Assembly (NCBI RefSeq): GCF_006345805.1
Contig: NW_021829832.1
Span: 62,001-126,000, forward strand
DNA: 64,000 nucleotides
Source of the DNA: Octopus sinensis
Taxonomy: Eukaryota
Direction of reading: 5' to 3'
Part shown: positions 1 to 13,122 of the stretch, piece after piece
Layout: each line of letters opens with the position of its first letter
How positions within the stretch are numbered: the first letter of the stretch is position 1
The notes under the pieces: model-generated
The model's database searches: none
Told to the model about the DNA's origin: nothing
Seen by the model: the letters and a program-made list of their open reading frames with translations, nothing else
Made by a program: the position numbers and the translations under genes

Positions 1-2940
1 CGAGGACTTTCTTGTTGTTCATTTTAACAAAAACGCAGAAAATAATTTTTTTAATTTTTTGGCTTGAAGGTTTTGGGGGACCACATCATGTGAGTCGAGG
101 ACTTTCTTGTTGTTCATTTAACAAAAACGCAGAAAATAATTTTTTTTAAATTTTTTGGCTTGAAGGTTTTGAGGGACCACATCATGTGAGTCGAGGACTT
201 TCTTGTTGTTCATTTTAACAAAAACGCAGAAAATAATTTTTTTTAATTTTTTGGCTTGAAGGTTTTGAGGGACCACATCATGTGAGTCGAGGACTTTCTT
301 GTTGTTCATTTTAACAAAAACGCAGAAAATATTTTTTTTAATTTTTGGGCTTGAAGGTTTTGGGGGACCACATCATGTGAGTCGAGGACTTTCTTGTTGT
401 TCATTTTAACAAAAACGCAGAAAATATTTTTTTTTTAATTTTTGGCTTGAAGGTTTTGGGGGACCACATCATGTGAGTCGAGGACTTTCTTGTTGTTCAT
501 TTTAACAAAAACGCAGAAAATAATTTTTTTAATTTTTTGGCTTGAAGGTTTTGGGGGACCACATCATGTGAGTCGAGGACTTTCTTGTCGTTCATTTTAA
601 CAAAAACGCAGAAAATATTTTTTTTTAATTTTTGGGCTTGAAGGTTTTGGGGGACCACATCATGTGAGTCGAGGACTTTCTTGTTGTTCATTTAACAAAA
701 ACGCAGAAAATATTTTTTTTTAATTTTTTGGCTTGAAGGTTTTGAGGGACCACATCATGTGAGTCGAGGACTTTCTTGTTGTTCATTTTAACAAAAACGC
801 AGAAAATAATTTTTTTAATTTTTTACCTTGAAGTTTTTGGGGGGACCACATCATGTGAGTCGAGGACTTTCTTGTTGTTCATTTTAACAAAAACGCAGAA
901 AATAATTTTTTTAATTTTTTACCTTGAAGTTTTTGGGGGACCACATCATGTGAGTCGAGGACTTTCTTGTTGTTCATTTTAACAAAAACGCAGAAAATAA
1001 TTTTTTTAATTTTTTTACCTGAAGGTTTTGGGGGACCACATCATGTGAGTCGAGGACTTTCTTGTTGTTCATTTTAACAAAAACGCAGAAAATAATTTTT
1101 TTAATTTTTTAGCTTGAAGGTTTTGGGGGACCACATCATGTGAGTCGAGGACTTTCTTGTTGTTCATTTTAACAAAAACGCAGAAAATAATTTTTTTTAA
1201 TTTTTTGGCTTGAAGGTTTTGGGGGACCACATCATGTGAGTCGAGGACTTTCTTGTCGTTCATTTTAACAAAAACGCAGAAAATATTTTTTTTTAATTTT
1301 TGGGCTTGAAGGTTTTGGGGGACCACATCATGTGAGTCGAGGACTTTCTTGTTGTTCATTTAACAAAAACGCAGAAAATAATTTTTTTTAAATTTTTTGG
1401 CTTGAAGGTTTTGAGGGACCACATCATGTGAGTCGAGGACTTTCTTGTTGTTCATTTTAACAAAAACGCAGAAAATAATTTTTTTAATTTTTTACCTTGA
1501 AGTTTTTGGGGGACCACATCATGTGAGTCGAGGACTTTCTTGTTGTTCATTTTAACAAAAACGCAGAAAATAATTTTTTTAATTTTTTAGCTTGAAGGTT
1601 TTGGGGGACCACATCATGTGAGTCGAGGACTTTCTTGTTGTTCATTTTAACAAAAACGCAGAAAATAATTTTTTTTAATTTTTTACCTTGAAGGTTTTGG
1701 GGGACCACATCATGTGAGTCGAGGACTTTCTTGTCGTTCATTTTAACAAAAACGCAGAAAATATTTTTTTTAATTTTTGGGCTTGAAGGTTTTGGGGGAC
1801 CACATCATGTGAGTCGAGGACTTTCTTGTTGTTCATTTAACAAAAACGCAGAAAATAATTTTTTTTAAATTTTTTGGCTTGAAGGTTTTGAGGGACCACA
1901 TCATGTGAGTCGAGGACTTTCTTGTTGTTCATTTTAACAAAAACGCAGAAAATAATTTTTTTAATTTTTTACCTTGAAGTTTTTGGGGGACCACATCATG
2001 TGAGTCGAGGACTTTCTTGTTGTTCATTTTAACAAAAACGCGAAAATAATTTTTTTAATTTTTTAGCTTGAAGGTTTTGGGGGACCACATCATGTGAGTC
2101 GAGGACTTTCTTGTTGTTCATTTTAACAAAAACGCAGAAAATAATTTTTTTAATTTTTTACCTTGAAGGTTTTGGGGGACCACATCATGTGAGTCGAGGA
2201 CTTTCTTGTTGTTCATTTTAACAAAAACGCAGAAAATAATTTTTTTTAATTTTTTGGCTTGAAGGTTTTGGGGGACCACATCATGTGAGTCGAGGACTTT
2301 CTTGTTGTTCATTTTAACAAAAACGCAGAAAATAATTTTTTTATTTTTTAGCTTGAAGGTTTTGGGGGACCACATCATGTGAGTCGAGGACTTTCTTGTT
2401 GTTCATTTTAACAAAAACGCAGAAAATAATTTTTTTTAATTTTTTAGCTTGAAGGTTTTGGGGGACCACATCATGTGAGTCGAGGACTTTCTTGTTGTTC
2501 ATTTTAACAAAAACGCAGAAAATAATTTTTTTAATTTTTTACCTTGAAGGTTTTGGGGGACCACATCATGTGAGTCGAGGACTTTCTTGTTGTTCATTTT
2601 AACAAAAACGCAGAAAATAATTTTTTTAATTTTTTGGCTTGAAGGTTTTGGGGGACCACATCATGTGAGTCGAGGACTTTCTTGTTGTTCATTTTAACAA
2701 AAACGCAGAAAATAATTTTTTTAATTTTTTGCTTGAAGGTTTTGGGGGACCACATCATGTGAGTCGAGGACTTTCTTGTTGTTCATTTTAACAAAAACGC
2801 AGAAAATAATTTTTTTTAATTTTTTGGCTTGAAGGTTTTGGGGGACCACATCATGTGAGTCGAGGACTTTCTTGTTGTTCATTTTAACAAAAACGCAGAA
2901 AATTGACTTGAAGGTTTTGGGGGACCTCATCATCGAGGAT
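1..2940. repeat. 95-bp tandem satellite, about 31 copies, open at the window start
   Basis: The unit CGAGGACTTTCTTGTTGTTCATTTTAACAAAAACGCAGAAAATAATTTTTTTAATTTTTTGGCTTGAAGGTTTTGGGGGACCACATCATGTGAGT starts at 1 and again at 96. Copies differ mainly in homopolymer length and a few SNPs. The array degenerates at about 2900-2990. Confidence 0.99.
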
Positions 2941-3078
2941 ATTCTTTCTTATTAAAATTTTTTGACAGGAAGGTTCTTAGAGGATATCAACCTTTTATTG
3001 TGCCTCATTATCGAATAACTACAAAAGGGAAGGTTTTGACAATTTGATCTGGTTTGTAACAATTTGAATGTGGGTGTG

Positions 3079-3130
3079 CACAGACAGACAGACAGACAGA
3101 CAGACACACAGACAGACAGACAGACACACA
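3079..3130. repeat. (CAGA)n/(CA)n microsatellite
   Basis: CACAGACAGACAGACAGACAGACAGACACACAGACAGACAGACAGACACACA is read directly from the sequence. Confidence 0.97.
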
Positions 3131-3544
3131 CCATACCATTTTATTATTAAGATTACGCTTTTCACATATCAATTTACATAATTTAGAGAATCTTATATTT
3201 AATTGCTCTATAAACAATGAACTACAGAAAATACCACGATGATACAATTTCTTAAGAAACTGTTCTTAAGATTAAATAAATATGCTAGGAAATGATCATT
3301 ATCAACATAGGAGCATTAATTTTATTTAAAAGCCAAAATCTTTGACAAAAATACAAATGAAAAAATTAAATCATTTTCATTTTTTGATATAAACGATCCG
3401 CGAGTGAATTCGCTCCAAGAATAATTTTTAATGGACTTTTCAATAGCGTTCAAATTTTGTGAATAAATTTTGATAATTATTAAAATTTTATCAGAATAAT
3501 CTATTTCTTGAATTAAAACATTCGGAGACTATTACTAAACAAAA

Positions 3545-3846
3545 TACTTTAAAAACCACTCCGGGAATCAATGAATCAGAATTGCTATTGCCAAAAAAGA
3601 AACGTGTGATTCTCACCAGATTTTTCTGCGGACATCACCTTTAGATTGGACACGATTATACAGAAAAAACCCGAAAGAAGGCCCTGCCTCGTGTGTAACT
3701 TCAATCCAATTTCCGTTCAGTATTTGTTTTCCTGTCCTGTACCACTGGCAATGTCGTTGCCACGCGCAGCGCTCCGAGATCTCTGGGAGCGACCTACCCA
3801 CGCTGTGCACCGTTTCAGGGAGTTCGGAGCTACTAACTAACTAACT
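3545..3846 (+). mobile_element. 3' end relic of an I/Ingi-like LINE with a (TAAC)n tail
   Basis: Translation gives LLLPKKKRVILTRFFCGH...CLVCNFNPISVQYLFSCP...DLWERP, a degenerate C-terminal CCHC region. It ends in ACTAACTAACTAAC at about 3832-3845. Confidence 0.75.
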
Positions 3847-3859
3847 TCAGCTTTTAATA

Positions 3860-4560
3860 GACGTTTTTACTGGCAGAAAAAGTAAAAAAAGTATAGAATG
3901 GAATATTTAATCCCAAAGAGCATATTGATGGCAAATCTAAAGATTACCAAATTAGCATTTCTTTATTTAATCACCGTCACAACGAACCGGTTACTCATTA
4001 GCCAAGGGTTGAGCCGATCATGGTTAGCTTGGAGCCTTTCAGTGGCCTTCTCGATCTCCCGATCCTGTGAAGGCAATGCGATGTCATCCGCATAAAATAA
4101 AATCATCGTTATTATCCGTAAGGGATGAAAAATCTTCCAGGGAGAGATTAAATATGGCTAGGGATGAGGGGGATCCTGATGTACTTCATTGAATAGAAAA
4201 CGTAGACTTCATCCGATGCACACTCTACCTCTTCGTCCACTTAGGAAGTTGGTGATCCATAGTTTGAGTTTCCCTGGAAATTATGGTTGAAATATTTTCC
4301 TTGATACAATCTTCCTTGAAACAGATTCAAAGGCTTTGTGTATGTCGACGGAACAGAGTACTGTTTTTAAGTGTCGTGGTGTGTTCGCAAATCCATCAGT
4401 GTGTGTTTTAAACTAAACAAGCTTTTTTAATAAAATAACCGGGATGTTGTCTGGACCATGAAATTATGTCGTTTTTGTTGAATGCAAAGTATCAAACACC
4501 TCTTTCATCACAAAAGGAGAGAGGTTGTTATTTTAGTCTAACAGAAGAGACATAGTTTGG
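3860..4560 (-). mobile_element. Decayed LINE reverse transcriptase fragment
   Basis: The minus strand carries RT motifs VDIHKAFESV, GSPSSLAIFNL, YADDIAL (about 4075-4095) and LQANHDRLNPWLMSNRF, with stops and frameshifts. Confidence 0.8.
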
Positions 4561-4831
4561 TACACCCATTGATCTTGTTTCCAGAATTATTTGCAATCAT
4601 GGGACATCAAAAATGGCATTGTATATTATTTATATTAATGATAATACAAATAACTACATTGCCAACTGCACAGTGACAGACGTCTTCATTCCATGGACGA
4701 CCCAAGAAAATGGTTTTAAAAATACATGTTTGTTTGTTTGCTAAAATAATTAATGAATGTGATTGCTAACAACATTGATCACTTTTTTGTATGAACCTTA
4801 ATTAAGATTGGTATATTATTTGGATCGAGCG

Positions 4832-5997
4832 ATGGTTCAGAATAGGATGGTTTGACTCGATCTAATTATTTTAGAGAAAAATTTACCTCCGAGTTTGTTT
4901 TCTTCGGATTGGAGACATTGACACTGTGAAAGAACAATTTAGTGCAGATATTTTGATCGAAGCCAAGTGGCGGGAACCAGAACTATATGCAGTATTTGGA
5001 ATTGTGAATGAAGTAGTTTTTTGATATAGACAAATATTCTCATGGAAGAAAATAATCTTTACAGTGTGGATAAGTGCAATTATTGGAGCCCCATGTTGTA
5101 TCCGGAAAACCTTATTTTCGAACAAAAGAATTATGGGTGGAAGACATACATGCAGAAAATGGGCGACGACATTTTCATGTCCGCCAAATGTCGCATTCTC
5201 GGAGTTTTCTGGGAAAATCTGGAACTGGAGAATTTCCCATTCGACATTCAGGTTAGTGAGGGGCAATAGGGTAGGACTTTACGGTGACCATAATGAGTCA
5301 CCACTCGACCACGGAAGTGGAGTTGAGTATTGACACGAATTGTTCATGCACGGTCGATACAAAACTGTTTTTTGACAAACAAGTCAGTGAGCCTGGTTCA
5401 TGGTTGTAGAAGTGGATATTACAAGACTCAGTCACCATCTCCGGGTCAAATAAAAAGGAAATCCAGCAGTCGTCGAATATAATGCATCCCTCCATGTCAT
5501 TCACCTGCAAGGCCGAAAGACGCTCCCTCTTCTACTTTTGGAACGGATTTCTGATAATGGTGGTGATTGAGATGTACTCTGTAGTTTTGTATTGCTTCAC
5601 TCTCCTTCGCCACTTTCTCGGTTTCTCCCAACGATGTGCACAAGCGACTGCAACTGACGTTCACGCTCATTCTCACTGCTGTCACCTTCAAATTCGTGAT
5701 TAACCAAAACCTCCCACAAATTTCGTATCTCACATTTATAGTTGTGGCTTGAATACTGATTGTCAGGACAGATATATTCTCTTTTCGTTGCTCCTGCTCG
5801 TGCTTGTCTGTTTCTGGCACAGCATAATCCCCTCAATCATCAGGAATAATGAAAAGATGGGGAACAGCATTGAAAATTGTGTTCTTGTTTCCTTGGGCAT
5901 TACCTATGTGTGTACGCACATTTGGTTCATCTTTGACATCTACAACAGAGTAATACTCGTTTGTCATCCTGAGGCCTTCAATAGAAACAGCACTTAA
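4832..5997 (+). CDS. Cys-less (Pro-loop) pentameric ligand-gated ion channel
   Basis: Spliced translation: IYLRVCFLRIGDIDTVKEQFSADILIEAKWREP...WSPMLYPEN...ENLELENFPFDIQDFTV...FYFWNGFLIM...RLQLTFTLILTAVTFKFVINQNLPQISYLTFIDRYIL. It has the FPFD Pro-loop without flanking cysteines and four TM segments. The start codon is uncertain. Confidence 0.85.
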
Positions 5998-6261
5998 TGT
6001 CCTCTAACATTATCTAATATGTCTCGACTATTTGAGCGAGTAGCCAGCAGACCAGCAATCAATTTAACCAAGTAGATTTTCAGGGTTGGGAAACAAGTAT
6101 AAACAGGCCCGTCGTCTACCAGTCACTACGTGGATGACAGAGCGGACAATAAAGTGGCGATAACAACTCTGTTGTCCATTCCCTGATTACTGTAAATGCA
6201 TTTAATATTATTCGTTCATAAAAATTAAATTGAGTATAAATAAAATGTTGTCATTAGTGAG

Positions 6262-8387
<2,126 letters not shown>

Positions 8388-8749
8388 ATATATTCTTTAT
8401 GTTTTTATTGTTTTCATTTCAATCTGTTTTAATCAATTTGAGCTGCTTCGACAATCGAATTGAACGAAACCACCTGTTCACTTCTTATTAGTTTCAGATC
8501 TGTCTTGGCTAGTACTGCCGATGCTGTCATAAACAGTTGAGTTTGTTGACTGTAGGAATAATTGGAATCTTCGGCCAAGTACAACTTGTTTCCATAGCTC
8601 AGCGGACCCACAAAAATAATTTATGGCAAATTATATAAGCGGACAACCAGCTTAAATGCGTCGTGTGGTTCTCTTTTTGTCGTGACGCAAATATCCATTA
8701 ACTACGAGGAGAGTTCCGCATTCATTAACTCTAAACTAAACCAAAATGA

Positions 8750-9915
8750 ATGCTTAGAGGTTTCTCCATTTACTATTCCAGTTGGAAATTTACTTATTAC
8801 CAATATGTCCGCCAATTGGATCATGCCAGAAAAGTTTTTCTCTGGATCTCCCGGTTGACAAACCTGATAACTTTCTTATTTGCGAAAACCTGAACGCAAA
8901 ACACCCTCAGTGGCTTAAGTCACAAACACCTGACTCGAAGGGAAAGCCCCTGCTTGAGCAACTTGACAACCTCGTCATTCTCAACAATCTGTCTTTGAAC
9001 AAAAGAACCCCACACAAGAGAAAGGACAAACTTACTTCGCCCGAACTGACTCTTTGATCTGCTAACCTGGTGTCACTCACTAATTGAAACGCAATCTTAC
9101 GGAGCGACCATAACCATATAGTCATACGAGTCCAAATCAAATCCCCTTTCAGAAAAGCAGCCCCACGTTGAAATACGAATACAACCATGCCGACTGGGCT
9201 AACTTTACCCGCTACATTGATAAAGCACTGACAAATTTTGATTACGACTCAATTGACAATGCTGTTAAACACTTCAATGTGGATAATACTGTGGTTGCCC
9301 TAGCAATCAAGAGGTCACAATAGCAGCAGAAAAGCTGAAAAACTACCTCTACGGTTCTGAAGGTGGTTATTAATAAACCGACTATCAACAAGTCCAGGAA
9401 AGTCAATTAATACCTCCCTTACTTCAGCAAAGAGATTCGGAAAGCAAAAGTAAAGCTGTGTTTAAACGATGTGGAGATACCATTCCGAAAATTGCAAAAT
9501 ATTTCTGGAATAACATACGACGCCCATATGTCTGATGTGATCACAAGATGTATAAAGAAACTCAACATACTCAGAGTTTTCCTTCGAAAGTGCAGACAGT
9601 GGACTAACCTCGCCAAACCGTCTATAAGCAGTAAATGGAACCTACAATTAGCTACACCTGCCAGCGTGGGGAAATACGATCAGCTACACCAATCGGGAAA
9701 AAATTTCGAAAATTTAGTCAAAAATTTGCAAAACTCTAGAAGAACCAAACGAACACCTAAATGTTGCAACTTTTGAGAAGATCTTGCGAAGAAACGTGGG
9801 GACGACATTCGAAACGACACACCCGGCGCGCCCCTACGAAACATGTGCGGGAACAAGGGAAGAACTTCAGGGAAAAATGAGAACCCTCCTTAAAGAAGCT
9901 GGACCTGATTAGTTA
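8750..9915 (+). mobile_element. Decayed, internally deleted APE-type LINE
   Basis: APE endonuclease remnant (NLNAKHPQW...DSKGKPLLEQL...TSPELTL...SDH) followed by the post-RT region (GITYDAHM...CIKKLNILRV). Most of the RT core is missing. Confidence 0.75.
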
Positions 9916-10130
9916 TTTTGGGTTTTTAGACGGTGGCCTTGGTTGAATAATAATCTAAGCGGACGGAAGTGTGAGGATACAACAGGGGGATGTTTCCAAA
10001 TCCACCAGTCTGCAGTTTTTTGACCTTTCTTCCAACATGGTTGTACTTCCAATCTCTTGGCTTGCTGATACCAAAATAGGGGGAATACATATGCCTACAA
10101 TCTCCGATAAGTGAGGAGTAATGTAAACAA

Positions 10131-10749
10131 TCATAGACAATCTCTATTAATTTCAACAGCCTTGTTCCAAACACGAGCACTGACACAATACTTTTCATTT
10201 TCCATATTGTAGGACGTGTTGATGATAACCGCCTTCTTGGCTAAAACGGTGTGATCCAACTCATCGACAATCAGGTCGAGCACGTCCTCTCGCTTAATCT
10301 AATCAGTCAACTTGATAATCCCACTTTCTTTGACTTTTTGCTCACATACCCCCCGTTTAAAAACACTGAACCGGCAGTCAGTCGTTCCAGGAAATTACTA
10401 GCAGTGACCACAATAATGTACCTCCGTGATATTTTAAACAGAATGGAACCAACTAGGTCCAGGCGGGTGGAATTAGCCATCAACTCAACTCGTCTGGATG
10501 AACCAATGGGAAAGTGGGGATTATAATCCAAATCAAATTCATCCTGGAATATGTCATCTTCAGAATCGTCATCCTGCGTTGTCCCACCCACAACATTACT
10601 TTATTGTCCGTCCACAGTTTACTAGTTAGTTGGTGTGTGAAGTTGGGGATAGTTTTCAGTGAAATTGCCCGATTCATTGCATTTAATTTTCTAATTACCA
10701 AAAATTCCTGTAAAACAATTGAACAAGACCGGAGGCCTACGAAAAACAT
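10131..10749 (-). CDS. MTRES1: Mitochondrial transcription rescue factor 1 (S4-like RNA-binding domain)
   Basis: Spliced: acidic DDDSEDD linker, then STRLDLVGSILFKISRSNFLERLTAGSVFLNGGYVSKKSKKIKREDVLDLIV...EKYCVSARVWNK. This matches the recalled C6orf203/MTRES1 pattern. Confidence 0.7.
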
Positions 10750-11160
10750 AATTTTAATTAAAATATAATTTACAAGTAATTCAAAATATTCTTAAATCAC
10801 GGACAATAAATAAAAATTGAGTGATTCCAAACTAAGTCTATTCCTTTACTTTGAATACGTGCAATATTTATTAAAGTAATAAATTTTTCTTTTTCAATAA
10901 TCGCCATTCAGTCTTAATAAATGAACAATATCACTCATCGCCTTGAAAGGAGCACTGACAAATGTTTTAGTTTCTTTGTTTGGTGCTGGATTTCTTAAAA
11001 ATAAAGGGATGATGCCCTCTGTCATTGAGGGGACAATTCAAACACTCAACAATTTATGGAGAGAGGAAAATGAGTTATTTGAACACAGGATAGAACACTC
11101 CTTAAACCTCTGCCAGACACTGTGTGAGCACATTAAAGAACGGGTTATCGAACGGGTTAT

Positions 11161-12389
11161 CTACATAATTATGCTGGGCGAATAGAATGAGGAAGATATT
11201 TCCTTGTTTGGGAGGATGGTGGAACCCTTAATGTATATTTCGTCGACAACTCTCACGTCCTGACCAATCACAGCATCGGGCTCAATCCGTACCTAAACAT
11301 AACATCGAAAACAACCCATCGACCAATCTGCGAGCTCCACCCAACGATAGATCCGCTAATGAACGAATAGTCCCCAACAGACACGTTATTGAGAAGCACA
11401 GAGTTAAGGACGCGCACTCCAGCACCGAGAGTGACTCTCCTCCCAATGGTCACGTTTGGACCAATCTCTGACCCCGCCCCAATAACAGCCTCGTCGTCCT
11501 GGAATATGAGTGGACGATTACAATGAGGACGGGCTGATGGATGGTCACGTCGGGCCGTGTGCTGCTCACTTGGTTGTGCTCCAACCACAGCCGGGTTGCC
11601 TGGAGGAAGTCCAGTGGCTGTCCCACGTCCATCCAAAAACCTGGCAAACTGATGGTTCGACAACACCAGGAATGTGACACGCGTAGAGTTGGGATTCCTC
11701 GGCCATTTTGGGGAAGATTTCTTTCTCGATTGAGGTGGGTCTCGTCTTGAAGGACACGGACAATCACAACCTGAATTCGGTTGAGGACTCGGGGACTGAG
11801 GACGTATATTCCTGCATTGATCTTGTCGGACACAAACACGGACGGCTTCTCCACGAAACGCTCGATTTGGGTGCCGATGGGAGTCTCCACCAAATCGAGC
11901 ACTCCGAACTTGGAGGGGTCCTTGACAGTCGTGACAGCCACAGTGCCCTCCATTCCGTGCTTAGCGTGAGCTTGGGCTATCAGGGCGAGCGGGTATTCGC
12001 ACACAATGTCACTGTTCAACACGAAAAAGGGCTCGTCCTTTTCCCCCAAAACGTCCGCGCTGAATGCAATTGGACCGGCTTGCTTACAGACGAGGACATA
12101 CCCGTGCCCAGAGGGGTTGTCTCCACACGAGTTTCTATTCGTATGCCCAGAGACTGTTGCCATGCTGTGACCTCACCATCCATCATTTCTGCCCGGTAGC
12201 CCACGGCCAGAATGACGTGGTCTACGCCTGCCTGCCATATTCGCCACGAGGGGAACTTGCCTTCACAAGAGCCTCGATCTGGTGGAGGACGAGGGGTTTA
12301 TTGCAGAACTCGATCATTGGTTTAGGACATGACAAGGTTAAGGGACGGAGACGGGTGCCGTAACCTCCTACTAAAATAAGGGCCTTCAT
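11161..12389 (-). CDS. GMPPB: Mannose-1-phosphate guanylyltransferase beta
   Basis: [72 protein letters not shown], hexapeptide repeats, and a C-terminus ending SPSIIM*. Confidence 0.97.
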
Positions 12390-13122
12390 TTATGTGTCCT
12401 GTATTATTTTTTTAAATATACAACTTTAATTGAATGTTTTATTTATTATTAAATAATTAATCTAATTCTTTTTGGATGCATTCTTTATAAGAATTGTTGA
12501 TCTTTTACTTAATTTTTAACGTATCTATGTTCAGGGTAATATTTTTGTAGTAATTTACTTAACGCGTGTTTATTTCCTGATAAAAATGATTGTATCCTGG
12601 GAGATAGTGAGTCCATCTCATAAGTAGTTTGTCAGGCTGTCGCTCAAGAATTAATTTTCCCAACTGAGGTGTAGACCAAAAAAATGAAAGAATTTCTTGA
12701 TGATAGATCGAATATAACGTGGACATTCGATTATTTTTGATGACCTCATTTTAATCTTTAAATGTAACTCGATTTGCATTATTTTTGAACGCATGTAACT
12801 TACGTAAAATATGCCCGAACACTTTCGCTAGTTTTGAATGTTTTTTAAGATTGCCTTTCTTGGATATCATCTACCTTTACTGTTTTGTGGTTCGGATTCA
12901 AATAATAGATACCTGAGCGATCCCAAAGTTATCATCTGCTTATTTAAGAATTAATAATGAGTGACTTTCCCCGGCAGTCTTAAACTCAGTGATTCAAACT
13001 GCCTGGCAAATTGTGAAATACGATTGAATATATTTGCAAATATTCACTACGCGTAATATTCCGGAAGATAGTTTTCCATTGGAATGAATAATTAATAGAG
13101 CGTGGTTAGTATTCTCGAATAA

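Larger units (their letters stand above)
1..3152 (-). mobile_element. Putative non-autonomous Helitron/Helentron-like element carrying the satellite array
   Basis: The minus strand reads A|TCTTAATAATAAAATGG at 3153/3152, then a (GTCT/GTGT)n microsatellite, a short core and the tandem array. This resembles the layout of DINE-1/HINE/Lep1-type elements. The other end is outside the window. Confidence 0.5.

Noticed and set aside
1-2940. CRISPR array or repeated protein (MNNKKVLDSHDVVPQ ORFs)
   Set aside because: There are no unique spacers, the context is eukaryotic, and the ORFs are by-products of a 95-bp unit with frame-shifting homopolymer variation.
3545-4560. Twin-primed (5'-inverted) LINE insertion
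   Set aside because: The antisense RT piece lies downstream of the tail, the wrong geometry. It is more likely two separate relics.
6000-6200. Possible small minus-strand gene between the pLGIC and kinesin-13
   Set aside because: Several alternative splice readings are possible and none is recognisable.
8588-8615. tRNA-like TAGCTCAGCGG
   Set aside because: There is no anticodon arm, T-arm or acceptor stem.
8429-8700. Short minus-strand ORF after kinesin-13
   Set aside because: It is 60 aa with no ATG in the called ORF and no recognisable motif.
9294-9307. Near-perfect X-box GTTGCCCTAGCAAT
   Set aside because: It lies inside a LINE relic with no nearby start codon. It is recorded as a counter-example showing that such motifs can occur by chance.
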